Below are positions 1-8,763 of a stretch of 56,802 bases of DNA, one piece after another. Origin of the DNA: Crocinitomicaceae bacterium (lineage in GTDB: Bacteria > Bacteroidota > Bacteroidia > Flavobacteriales_D > Sanyastnellaceae). The first letter of the stretch is position 1. Every line of letters starts with the position of its first letter. Where the stretch lies: positions 1 through 56,802 of the forward strand of contig PBIE01000044.1 of the NCBI GenBank assembly GCA_002720375.1. The letters are read 5' to 3'. Made by a program: the position numbers and the translations under genes. The notes under the pieces were generated by a model. That model was not told the DNA's origin, did no database searches, and worked only from the letters and a program-made list of their open reading frames with translations.

Positions 1-180
1 AAATTATGAACGGGATGATTGTTGCGCCTGAAGTGGTTGAGCTTGGAAAGCGCTAAACATCGAGGTTCCGAAAAAGATGTTGTATTCTTGCGGAGCACTT
101 CAGTTGCATTTGGTCTTGAAAGAGACGCTTCCTCCGGGATTTTTGAAACAAAATGACGCCCACCATGGTGGGAGCCCCAC

Positions 181-1878
181 ATGTACGACATCATTGACCT
201 GAACAGCCGAAAGGTTGCCGAGCTCCGGGACATCGCCAAGAAGCTCAATATCGCCCGCGTTGATAAACTCAAGAAGCAAGAACTCGTCTATGCGATCCTC
301 GACGAGCAGGCTGTGAACACCTCCTCGTCTGGAGGTGAAGCCACGACAGAAGGCAAATCCGAAAACAAAGCGGATGCGCCAAACGAAAAAGACGGAGAAA
401 AGCAAAGAGGCAGGGGCAGACAGCGTGCTGCCGCCAAAAAAGATGCCCGTTCTAAAGAGGATGGCAAGCCAGAATCAAAGGATCGAGACGACCGCCGACG
501 CGGGAAGGACGGAAACAAGGATCACAAAGACGGAGACCGCAGATCCAGAGACGATCGAGGAGACCGCAATGAAAAAGGCGATCGCGGAGACAGAAATGAC
601 CGTGGCGATCGCGGAGACAGAAAACGGGATAGTGATCGCCGCGGAGACCGCAATGACCGCGGAGACCGAAATGACCGTCGCAATCGAAATGACCGCAACA
701 ATCGAGACCGTCGAGATCGAGACCGGGATCGCCTTGGAGAGCCTGAGGAACACGGCTTCAACTTTGATGGGATTGCCCAGGCAGAAGGTGTCCTCGAGGT
801 CATGCCTGAAGGATTTGGATACCTGCGCAGTGCCGATTACAACTACCTCAACAGCCCCGATGACGTCTATGTGAGCAACCGACAGATCAAAGCAGCTGGC
901 CTCCAGACCGGGGACAATGTGGTTTGCTCTATCCGTCCACCGCGCAAGGGCGACAAATACTTCCCCATGGTGGAAGTTCTGAAGATCAATGGCCGCGACC
1001 CCTCTTGGGTCCGGGACAGGGTCCCATTTAAATATCTGACCGCCCTCTTCCCCCAAGAGGCATTTAATCTGGCTGGCAAAGGCAACAATATCTCCACTCG
1101 GGTTATCGATCTCTTCTCCCCAATTGGAAAGGGACAACGCGGTATGATTGTCTCTCCCCCGAAGGCGGGAAAGACAACACTTCTGAAAGATGTGGCCAAC
1201 GCCATCGCTGAAAACCACCCGGAGACCTACCTCATTATTCTACTCATTGACGAGCGGCCAGAGGAAGTCACTGACATGAAGCGCAGCGTCAATGCAGAAG
1301 TGATCGCCTCCACATTTGACGAGCCAGCCGATCGGCATGTCAAAATCGCAGAAATCGTGCTCGAGAAGGCACGGCGTATGGTCGAGTGTGGCCATGATGT
1401 CTGCATCCTATTGGACTCCATCACTCGCTTGGCAAGAGCTTACAACACCGTGGCCCCTGGTTCTGGAAAAGTGCTGTCCGGTGGTGTTGAATCCAATGCA
1501 CTACAGAAGCCAAAGCGCTTCTTCGGCGCTGCGCGAAACATCGAAAACGGTGGATCCTTGAGCATCATCGCCACCGCGCTGGTCGAAACCGGGTCCAAAA
1601 TGGACGAGGTCATCTTTGAAGAATTCAAAGGAACGGGCAACATGGAACTGCAGCTCGACCGCCGCATCGCCAACCGGGGCATTTACCCCGCAATCGACAT
1701 ACTGGGATCAAGCACACGCCGGGACGATGAACTCATCCATCCGCAAATGCTCCAGAGGATTCGGGTCCTTCGCCGCCATTTGGCCGACATGAATCCCATC
1801 GAAGCCATGGAGTTCTTAAAGGATCGTCTCAGTCGGGCCGAATCCAATGAGGAGTTCCTTATCTCGATGAACGGCTGA
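181..1878 (+). CDS. rho: Transcription termination factor Rho, Bacteroidota type with long Arg/Asp-rich N-terminal insertion
   Basis: 565-aa ORF. Rho_N helix [27 protein letters not shown]-binding region [14 protein letters not shown]. Walker [19 protein letters not shown] and Walker [11 protein letters not shown]-terminal [22 protein letters not shown] ~145-aa low-complexity insertion spans aa 44-188. Confidence 0.95.
   Translation: MYDIIDLNSRKVAELRDIAKKLNIARVDKLKKQELVYAILDEQAVNTSSSGGEATTEGKSENKADAPNEKDGEKQRGRGRQRAAAKKDARSKEDGKPESKDRDDRRRGKDGNKDHKDGDRRSRDDRGDRNEKGDRGDRNDRGDRGDRKRDSDRRGDRNDRGDRNDRRNRNDRNNRDRRDRDRDRLGEPEEHGFNFDGIAQAEGVLEVMPEGFGYLRSADYNYLNSPDDVYVSNRQIKAAGLQTGDNVVCSIRPPRKGDKYFPMVEVLKINGRDPSWVRDRVPFKYLTALFPQEAFNLAGKGNNISTRVIDLFSPIGKGQRGMIVSPPKAGKTTLLKDVANAIAENHPETYLIILLIDERPEEVTDMKRSVNAEVIASTFDEPADRHVKIAEIVLEKARRMVECGHDVCILLDSITRLARAYNTVAPGSGKVLSGGVESNALQKPKRFFGAARNIENGGSLSIIATALVETGSKMDEVIFEEFKGTGNMELQLDRRIANRGIYPAIDILGSSTRRDDELIHPQMLQRIRVLRRHLADMNPIEAMEFLKDRLSRAESNEEFLISMNG
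577..675 (+). repeat. In-frame short tandem DNA repeats inside the rho low-complexity insertion
   Basis: The 27-nt unit GGCGATCGCGGAGACAGAAATGACCGT (577-603) repeats at 604-630, with the first 20 nt identical. The 18-nt unit CGCGGAGACCGCAATGAC (640-657) repeats at 658-675 with one mismatch. Both encode GDRGDRNDR-type peptide repeats. Confidence 0.8.
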
Positions 1879-1879
1879 C

Positions 1880-2428
1880 GTGAGGGCCTCCTCCAGGAGA
1901 ATTTGGTTTCTTCCCGCACTGGGCCTCATTCTATGGTGGGGGGCAAGATTGGGTATTGCGGGCAATGTTTCCTTCGAAATGGCCATTGCATTTGGGTCTC
2001 TCGTCAACTTTGGGCTCCTGCTGCTCATTCCGTTCATCTCGGACTTTCAAGCACAATCCGATGCTCACTTTGCGGTGAGGTTCAAGCACAACCTGAGGGG
2101 AGCTGTCGTCTATGCCTGCTTGGCTGCTCTTAGCGTGGGGGTCTTTTATCACGTTGTGGCAGCAGATCAAACGGCTTTTCGCAAATTGGAGAGGGAACAG
2201 TTTATCGAACAATCGTTGTCTGATGCAGACGCATTCGCAGCATTGCAACAAACGGACCCTCGCCTTGCCGCCATGGATCGCGCGACGGCGAAAGCGCGCG
2301 CCTTAGACAGTCTTAGGTTTCAATTTGATCCAAGGTGGCACGTGACAGCCAGTCTCATTCTCCTTGTGGCCACATCAGCTTGTTGCGCACTTTTTGCGAC
2401 CCTGATTTGCGGATTCTTGCGCTCTTGA
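1880..2428 (+). CDS. Hypothetical integral membrane protein (about 4 TM helices)
   Basis: 182-aa ORF with a GTG start 1 nt after the rho stop. Hydrophobic segments: WFLPALGLILWW, FGSLVNFGLLLLIPFI, AVVYACLAALSVGVFYHVV, ASLILLVATSACCALFATLICGF. No family recognised. Confidence 0.55.
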   Translation: MRASSRRIWFLPALGLILWWGARLGIAGNVSFEMAIAFGSLVNFGLLLLIPFISDFQAQSDAHFAVRFKHNLRGAVVYACLAALSVGVFYHVVAADQTAFRKLEREQFIEQSLSDADAFAALQQTDPRLAAMDRATAKARALDSLRFQFDPRWHVTASLILLVATSACCALFATLICGFLRS

Positions 2429-2477
2429 CCGGCATTCTGCAATTTCACCCTGCCGTTCGCGTTTCGCATTTGACCCC

Positions 2478-3209
2478 ATGAAGATGACCCATCCCAATCA
2501 ACTCAGGAAGGCTGCATTGCTTGGGATTCTGCTCTTTTTGTCGTGGGGCTTGTCTGCTCAAACCGCCAAGCAGAATTTGGCCAAGTTTGACTACAGACCG
2601 TACCATTTCGGATTTCTTCTGAGTGGAAACACCAGCAGTTTCAACTTTTCGCTTCGCCCGGATTTCACCTTCGCCGACAGCTTGCTTAGCGTTGAAAACA
2701 ACAGCCTCGCTGGATTCAACTTGGCCCTTCTCGCCTCTGCCAATGTCAATCCTGTGGTTCATGTGCGGTTTATCCCAGGCTTGAGTTTTCAGGACCGCAG
2801 CTTGCTGTTTCGATTTAGGGCTAATGATGGCACCACAGAATCCATCAATGTGAGAACCGAAAGTGTGTACCTCGACTTCCCCCTTATCATCAAGCTCAGG
2901 ACCGAACGCATTGGCAACTTCGCTCCTTATGCCCTACTGGGGGGGAAGCTCAGCAGGGACATGCAGAGCCAAGAGGATGTCAATCAAAGTCTTCAGGACG
3001 GCTATATCCTAAAACTAGCAAGGGGCAATTCCAGTATTGATATAGGCGCTGGAGCCGATTTCTTTCTCCCTTTTTTCAAGCTCTCTGTCGAGATGAAGAC
3101 CGAGTTCGGTATGCGCAATGTCTTAATTCAAGACGACACGCCATTCAGTGCCGCATTTGATCAACTGCGCACCCGGAGCTTCATCATCAGTTTCACTTTC
3201 GAAGGCTGA
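2478..3209 (+). CDS. porT: PorT/SprT-like outer-membrane beta-barrel protein (T9SS-associated family)
   Basis: 243-aa ORF with a signal peptide ending LSAQ. The segment NLAKFDYRPYHFGFLLSGNTSSF matches my recollection of the PorT/SprT N-terminal consensus. Alternating beta-strand pattern, C-terminal FIISFTFEG. Not verified by a search. Confidence 0.6.
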   Translation: MKMTHPNQLRKAALLGILLFLSWGLSAQTAKQNLAKFDYRPYHFGFLLSGNTSSFNFSLRPDFTFADSLLSVENNSLAGFNLALLASANVNPVVHVRFIPGLSFQDRSLLFRFRANDGTTESINVRTESVYLDFPLIIKLRTERIGNFAPYALLGGKLSRDMQSQEDVNQSLQDGYILKLARGNSSIDIGAGADFFLPFFKLSVEMKTEFGMRNVLIQDDTPFSAAFDQLRTRSFIISFTFEG

Positions 3210-4047
3210 GCACACGCCACTCCCCTTCTTCTCGTAAAGCTTTCTGTTTCAACCCCAAAGACCTCCCCTTCTCGATAAGAGGATCCACGTCTGGTGCCAT
3301 AAATCCACTCAATATCAGCGTCGATTTGGCCTTCATCGTAGATTCATATGCTGCCATGTCCTCCAGAAGAATATTGCGGTTGATGTTGGCGATGACAACA
3401 TCAAAGCGACCGGCATCCAAAGGCCCCAAAACGCCAGCTCCCCCCTCGCGAACCTCAACGGAAGGCCCCTCCGAAAATCCATTTAACGCGATATTCTCCC
3501 GGGTATTCCGGATGCTCCACGGATCGATGTCGACAAGCAACACGTCCGATGCACCCCGCATGGCCGCATAAATTCCAAGCACGCCAGAACCACAACCCAT
3601 ATCCAACACACGCAAACCAGTCCACTCCATTGCTGCCATCTCATGGAGCAAGCCCCGTGTGGTCTCATGGTGGCCAGTACCAAAGGCCATTCGCGGTTGA
3701 ATGACCAATTGGTGTGCGAAACCATCTGGTCCTGTCCTTCCATGAAATGGAGCAGAAACCCGAACGGCATTTTGGACTTCGACCTCGGGGTAATCTGCTT
3801 CCCATCGGGCATTCCAATTTTCCTCGTTCACCTTGTGGATGCGCCAGGTAATCAAGCCCAGCACTGAGAGTTTTTCTTTGGCCTCCTCCGCTGCATCTCG
3901 ATCGAATTCCTCCTCTTGGACAAATGCATGCAAGGCATTCAATTCATGCTCAAACATGCTGCAGCCAGCCTCAGCCAGCCATGCTGTGGCAATGTCCCTT
4001 CCCGGCTCAACGGGTTGACACTCCACTTGAATGCAAAGCCACCCCAC
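3193..4047 (-). CDS. prmA: Ribosomal protein L11 methyltransferase
   Basis: 284 aa. Motifs AFGTGHHETTRGLL, SAM motif VLDMGCGSGVLGIYAAMRGA, and DIDPWSIRNTRENIALNG. The 3' end overlaps the convergent porT-like gene by 17 nt. Confidence 0.9.
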   Translation of the reverse strand: MGWLCIQVECQPVEPGRDIATAWLAEAGCSMFEHELNALHAFVQEEEFDRDAAEEAKEKLSVLGLITWRIHKVNEENWNARWEADYPEVEVQNAVRVSAPFHGRTGPDGFAHQLVIQPRMAFGTGHHETTRGLLHEMAAMEWTGLRVLDMGCGSGVLGIYAAMRGASDVLLVDIDPWSIRNTRENIALNGFSEGPSVEVREGGAGVLGPLDAGRFDVVIANINRNILLEDMAAYESTMKAKSTLILSGFMAPDVDPLIEKGRSLGLKQKALREEGEWRVLSLRK

Positions 4048-4051
4048 GTGG

Positions 4052-4825
4052 TCAGGCTTTGGGCTTCTCCCGGTTCATCACGGCCCTGCCAGCTGCCTCT
4101 ACCAAGGCCTGAAAGGACTCTGGGTCGAGAGAAGCTCCTCCGATGAGGCCGCCATCGACATCCTGACAAGCGAAGAGCTCATCGGCATTAGATGGTTTAC
4201 AGCTGCCTCCATAGAGCAAGGGGATACGCTTGGCGATGTCGGTGTCATAGGCCTCAGACAACCATTGGCGAATGGCCGCGTGCATTTCTTGGGCCTGCAG
4301 TGCCGTCGCTGTCAAGCCAGTTCCAATGGCCCATATCGGCTCGTATGCCACAACCACCCGGCTCATGACTTCAGCTGAAAGGTGAAGCACCCCAGACTCC
4401 AACTGACGCAGCACCTTGTCAAAATGAACGTCGGACTGTCTGTCATGTAAACTTTCTCCGCAGCAGAACACCACCCGAAGTCCAGCATCCAATACCCGGT
4501 TAACCTTTTCCGCCACCCGGTCATCATCGTCTCCGTGCCCGTCTCGTCGCTCGCTGTGACCAACAATGACATCCGTAACACCGCAACCAGACAGCATATC
4601 CGCAGTGAATTCCCCGGTTTGTGCCCCGGGGCCAGTGGAAGACACGTTCTGAGCACCCAACAAAAAAGGCACCCCCTTGGTCCCTAAGGCAGCCAAATAA
4701 GGTGCTGGTGGAGCCACCATAACCTCCACACCAAGCGGGGCTTTTGGAAATCTTGCAAAAGCGTGTGCAAATTCTTGCGCTTCATTGAATGACTTATTGC
4801 TCTTCCAATTGCCTGCTACGAGCAT
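4052..4825 (-). CDS. tpiA: Triosephosphate isomerase
   Basis: 257 aa. N-terminal VAGNWKSNKS, catalytic His context VIVGHSERR, catalytic Glu context VVAYEPIWAIGTG, and phosphate loop GGASL. Confidence 0.95.
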   Translation of the reverse strand: MLVAGNWKSNKSFNEAQEFAHAFARFPKAPLGVEVMVAPPAPYLAALGTKGVPFLLGAQNVSSTGPGAQTGEFTADMLSGCGVTDVIVGHSERRDGHGDDDDRVAEKVNRVLDAGLRVVFCCGESLHDRQSDVHFDKVLRQLESGVLHLSAEVMSRVVVAYEPIWAIGTGLTATALQAQEMHAAIRQWLSEAYDTDIAKRIPLLYGGSCKPSNADELFACQDVDGGLIGGASLDPESFQALVEAAGRAVMNREKPKA

Positions 4826-4912
4826 GTTTCGGTGGTTTGTAGTGTGGAATTCTTAAAATACAGTCGGCAAGGTACTTCGTCCCCCTGAGCATCCTCGATT
4901 TGAAAAACGGCT

Positions 4913-6817
4913 ATGCCATCTAACACTGCATCGCACCCTACTCTGCACCAGCTCGAGCTGCTCCTTCAACAGCATTGGGGACATGACCATTTCCGCTCTG
5001 CGCAAGAGCCCGTGGTGATGGCTGCGGCTTCAGGAAAGGATGTCTTGGCGATTCTTCCCACAGGGGGAGGCAAATCCATTTGTTACCAAGTTCCCGGTCT
5101 GTTTAGGGGCGGTGTGTGCTTGGTCATCACCCCGCTAGTCGCACTAATGGCCGATCAGGTTCAAGGGTTGAAACGAGCAGGAATTGAAGCCGCCGCAATC
5201 TCTGCGGGACTTCATCCAAAAGAAACCGAACGCACGCTGTCTCGCTTCCAGCATGGTCGGGGCGGTTTTTTGTTTGTTTCACCAGAAAGGCTGGCTCAAG
5301 CCGCTTTTGCATCAGCCTGCCAGGCCATGCCAGTGAAAACCATCACAGTGGATGAAGCCCACTGTGTAAGCCAATGGGGTCATGCCTTTAGAAAGGACTA
5401 CCTGGGTCTTTCTATACTCAGACAATGGCATCCAAAAGCCACTTGGATTGCGCTAACTGCTACAGCCACACCACGTGTTGCTGAGCACATCGCATCGTCG
5501 CTTCAACTCAAGGATGCCATTCAATTTCGGATGCCCATTCGCAGGGCGAATTTGTCCTTCCATGTCGAACAGGTTCCCGATAGACATGAAGCAGTGGCTG
5601 ATTGGGCGAGGAAAACCAAGGGTAGCGCAATCCTCTATGTCAGAACCCGGCGAGATGCTGAGGCCATGGCGTCACTCATCCAACGGGCGGGCATAAAAGC
5701 AGGAGCCTATCACGCTGGCATGGACCGCAAGGTTCGCGATGACCACCAATCACGATGGATTGCCGGCGACCTTAAAATTTTGGCCTGTACCAGTGCATTC
5801 GGAATGGGCATTGACAAGCCTGATGTACGCGACATTGCCCATGCCCATGTGCCAGAATCACCTGAATCCTATATCCAAGAAGCAGGTCGAGCTGGGCGAG
5901 ACGGGCTACCAGCAAAGGCGGTCATATTGGTCGATAGTCGCGCACTGTCCGACGCAGACTCCCTTGTGCGCCTTCAATGGCCCACTCCAAACCAGATCCA
6001 ATCGGTGCTTCAATCACTGGCCAATGCGCTGGGCTTGGCCATTGGCAGCATCACCGACATTCCCGGTGAGGTTGACATCGGTGATTTGGGTCGCAAAACG
6101 GGCCTGTCGAAACGACAGGTCAAGACTTGCCTTGACCTTATGGAGCGTCATGGAACATTGGCGTTTCATCCGACTCGACCCCTTTGGTGGTTCCAGTGGC
6201 AACAAAACGAGAAGTCTTTGGCCATCAAACCGAGCGAAATGTCTCTCGAAGATCGCTGCATGCGCTTACTGCCCCAGTCGCGATCCCGAAAGAAATGGTG
6301 GCGATTGAATCTTGTTGATTTGGCTTTGCGTCTAGGCTCGAATGAGTCGGTGCTGAAAAATGCATTGATGCAACTACAGAACATGGCTTTTATTTGGATC
6401 TCCACACCGGATGAGCGATGCGCTGTGACCTTTCCCTTGGGCCGCCCTGCGGCAGAATCATATGTCCTTCCCTCTGATGTTTTGTCTGATAGAATTGCAG
6501 AAAGTCAAAGCAGATGGAATTCTATGCGGGATTACATCACAGGCACATCCTGCCGCGCTCTTCTCCTAGAATCCAATTTCGAAGCGGATCCATCTGAGTC
6601 CTGCGGCGTTTGCGACCTCTGTGCCCCCTCACCCCTACCGACACAAGCCGACATTCTCGCCATCATCGGCAAGGGAATCCGAGCTGTCGAACTGCAACGC
6701 ATTGTGCACATCGCCCACAAGCCTCACGTCAGAATGCTCCTGGAAACCATGCGCGCCTCCGGAGACATCCATTGGGACCAAGATCACTTTCGCCCGGGCC
6801 GCTTCTCGCACAGATAA
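4913..6817 (+). CDS. RecQ-family ATP-dependent DNA helicase
   Basis: 634 aa. Motif I LPTGGGKSICYQVP, DEAH box VDEAHCVSQWGHAFRKDY, TATATPRV, and QEAGRAGRDG. Cys cluster SCGVCDLC near the C-terminus. Confidence 0.9.
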   Translation: MPSNTASHPTLHQLELLLQQHWGHDHFRSAQEPVVMAAASGKDVLAILPTGGGKSICYQVPGLFRGGVCLVITPLVALMADQVQGLKRAGIEAAAISAGLHPKETERTLSRFQHGRGGFLFVSPERLAQAAFASACQAMPVKTITVDEAHCVSQWGHAFRKDYLGLSILRQWHPKATWIALTATATPRVAEHIASSLQLKDAIQFRMPIRRANLSFHVEQVPDRHEAVADWARKTKGSAILYVRTRRDAEAMASLIQRAGIKAGAYHAGMDRKVRDDHQSRWIAGDLKILACTSAFGMGIDKPDVRDIAHAHVPESPESYIQEAGRAGRDGLPAKAVILVDSRALSDADSLVRLQWPTPNQIQSVLQSLANALGLAIGSITDIPGEVDIGDLGRKTGLSKRQVKTCLDLMERHGTLAFHPTRPLWWFQWQQNEKSLAIKPSEMSLEDRCMRLLPQSRSRKKWWRLNLVDLALRLGSNESVLKNALMQLQNMAFIWISTPDERCAVTFPLGRPAAESYVLPSDVLSDRIAESQSRWNSMRDYITGTSCRALLLESNFEADPSESCGVCDLCAPSPLPTQADILAIIGKGIRAVELQRIVHIAHKPHVRMLLETMRASGDIHWDQDHFRPGRFSHR

Positions 6818-6846
6818 GCCGGCTCCCCTCAGGCTACCTTCGCACC

Positions 6847-8082
6847 ATGTCAACGTCCACCTCTGCACTGACCACCACGGAGGTGCACCTTCTGCCGGGA
6901 AAGGCCAAGAACATTCTTCGGGGTCACCCTTGGGTATTCTCTGGTGCAATTGCACGGCTCGTTGTAGAAGATTCAGAACCCCAACCTGGAGAGTGGGTTC
7001 GGGTGATGGATGATCGAGGGGTCTTTTTGGGATGGGGCCACTGGGGCTCGGGTTCCATTGCTGTCCGCATCATTTCCAAAGTACCAGATGCCATTCCTGA
7101 TGTGGACTGGTGGACGCAACGGCTCAAGGCTTGTTTGGCGGTTAGAGAGGCAGCAGGATTGTGGAGTCCTAACTCACCGAACCGGTCAGGTTTTCGCTGG
7201 GTTCACGGAGAAGGCGATGGGTTGTCAGGATTGGTCGTCGATTGTTATTCAGATATCGTTGTTCTACAAACACATTCCATGGGAATGCACAACGTCAGGC
7301 ACGACATTGTAGAAGGCATCCGTTCCGCCTTTGGACCTGCACTTCGAGGGATTGCAGACAAGAGCGCGTTCCTACTTCAGAAACTTGAAAAAAATCAAGA
7401 GAAACAGATGACGGACGGTTGGCTTTATGGCGAGCCTGAGTCCGGAATAACCGAATTCGAGGAGCATGAAATCACATACACCGTCGATCCAATTGCAGGG
7501 CAGAAAACAGGCTTTTTTCTCGACCAAAGGGACAACCGTCGCTTGCTGATGGAGATGGTCGGTGACCGAGATGTGCTCAATGCTTTCAGCTACACCGGGG
7601 GATTCAGTCTGGCTGCACTCCGAGGAGGGAGCGGACATGTAATTAGCCTCGATGCTTCGCAAGCGGCTGTTGACAGAGCACACCACCATGCCGAAATGAA
7701 TGGTGTTGCAAAACGGCACACCTCCGTCTGCTCGGATGTAATGTCGTACATCAGCAAAGTGGACCACCTTCCTCCTGTTGTCATTCTCGACCCGCCTGCA
7801 TATGCCAAGAGTCGAGCCAACCGGCACAAGGCTGTAAAAGGATACCAGAGACTGAATGAAGCTGCCTTGAGAAAGATGCCAGCCGGTGGTCTGCTATGGA
7901 CATTCAGTTGCTCACAGGTAGTGGATGCCAAGCTGTTTGAAGACACCCTTGTTTCAGCTGCCATCCGATCTGGAAAAACTGTACGGATTCTCCGAAGGCT
8001 GGGGCAACCGGCCGATCACCCAACATGGTCAGGACACGCCGAAGCACGTTATCTGAAGGGGTTGATTCTTTACGTTGAGTGA
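6847..8082 (+). CDS. rlmI: Class I SAM-dependent 23S rRNA (cytosine-C5) methyltransferase, RlmI-like
   Basis: The ORF track opens at 6610. ATG 6847 (MSTSTSALTT) lies 30 nt after the recQ-like stop and removes an Arg/Pro/His-rich overlap with it. PUA-like GHPWVFSGAI, SAM-MTase core VLNAFSYTGGFSLAAL, and ILDPPAYAKS. Confidence 0.85.
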   Translation: MSTSTSALTTTEVHLLPGKAKNILRGHPWVFSGAIARLVVEDSEPQPGEWVRVMDDRGVFLGWGHWGSGSIAVRIISKVPDAIPDVDWWTQRLKACLAVREAAGLWSPNSPNRSGFRWVHGEGDGLSGLVVDCYSDIVVLQTHSMGMHNVRHDIVEGIRSAFGPALRGIADKSAFLLQKLEKNQEKQMTDGWLYGEPESGITEFEEHEITYTVDPIAGQKTGFFLDQRDNRRLLMEMVGDRDVLNAFSYTGGFSLAALRGGSGHVISLDASQAAVDRAHHHAEMNGVAKRHTSVCSDVMSYISKVDHLPPVVILDPPAYAKSRANRHKAVKGYQRLNEAALRKMPAGGLLWTFSCSQVVDAKLFEDTLVSAAIRSGKTVRILRRLGQPADHPTWSGHAEARYLKGLILYVE

Positions 8083-8101
8083 AGGGGATGCATCCCCCTT
8101 T
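8082..8101. terminator. Candidate bidirectional hairpin between convergent rlmI and pdxH
   Basis: Perfect 14-nt palindrome GGGGATGCATCCCC at 8084-8097, flanked by AA and CTTT. It fills the 17-nt gap between the two stop codons. Confidence 0.45.
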
Positions 8102-8732
8102 AGGGCTGAAGTCGGTCTTGGCCCCAAACGCCGTCTTTGTGCAGATATCGAATGCGGTCGTGGAGTCGACCAGGCCGACCTTGCCAGAATTCAATCGCCT
8201 CTGCCTCTAGGCGATACCCCCCCCAATGTGGAGGCCTCGGCACCTCGTTTGGGAAACGGGTTTCAGCCGCCGCTCTGGCCTGTTCTAATGAATATCGATC
8301 AGCGATGACTTCGCTCTGTTCCGAAGCCCATGCGCCAATCCTGTTCGGCCGAGGCCGGCTTTGGAAATAGAGGTCGGAGGCTTCAGCCGCCAAGGGTGTG
8401 ACATGGCCCCGTACACGCAATTGTCTTTCCAGCCCCGGCCAAAAAAATGTCAAGGCCGCTGCTGGACATGCGCTCAATTGTTTGCCTTTTGCACTGCGGT
8501 AGTTGGTATAGAAAATAAAGCCTCTGCCCTCTTGATCCATGTCGCGCAACAACACAATTCGGGCATCGGGACGTCCTTCTGAATCTACCGTTGACAGGGT
8601 CATGGCGTTGTAATCCTGCGGATCTGATTCCCTGGCTTCATCTAGCCACGCTGTCAGCCGCTGAAGCAGAGTCTCACCGCTCCCCTCCAAAGAACCCGAG
8701 ACGTAGTCTTTTCTGTCCTCATAATCTCCCAT
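8100..8732 (-). CDS. pdxH: Pyridoxamine/pyridoxine 5'-phosphate oxidase
   Basis: 210 aa. Motifs RIVLLRDMD..FIFYTNYRSAKGKQL, FWPGLERQLRVRG, SRPRPNRIGAWASEQS, and WGGYRLEAEAIEFWQGRPGRLHDR. Confidence 0.92.
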   Translation of the reverse strand: MGDYEDRKDYVSGSLEGSGETLLQRLTAWLDEARESDPQDYNAMTLSTVDSEGRPDARIVLLRDMDQEGRGFIFYTNYRSAKGKQLSACPAAALTFFWPGLERQLRVRGHVTPLAAEASDLYFQSRPRPNRIGAWASEQSEVIADRYSLEQARAAAETRFPNEVPRPPHWGGYRLEAEAIEFWQGRPGRLHDRIRYLHKDGVWGQDRLQP

Positions 8733-8763
8733 ATTTCAAGAAGTGTCTTGAGCCCCTGCTTGT

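Noticed and set aside
335-874. 179-aa alternative-frame ORF within rho
   Set aside because: It exists because the GA/C-rich repetitive insertion lacks stops in several frames. It encodes low-complexity ET/MT repeats, while the rho frame has all the canonical motifs.
6610-6846. 79-codon N-terminal extension of the rlmI ORF overlapping the recQ-like 3' end
   Set aside because: The extension is Arg/Pro/His-rich, overlaps a well-supported gene by about 200 nt, and precedes a good ATG at 6847. Similar extensions were trimmed for 10518, 14602, 21390, 25823, 26165, 33126, 37124, 37317, 38022, 40389, 44123, 47796, 49938 and 50874.
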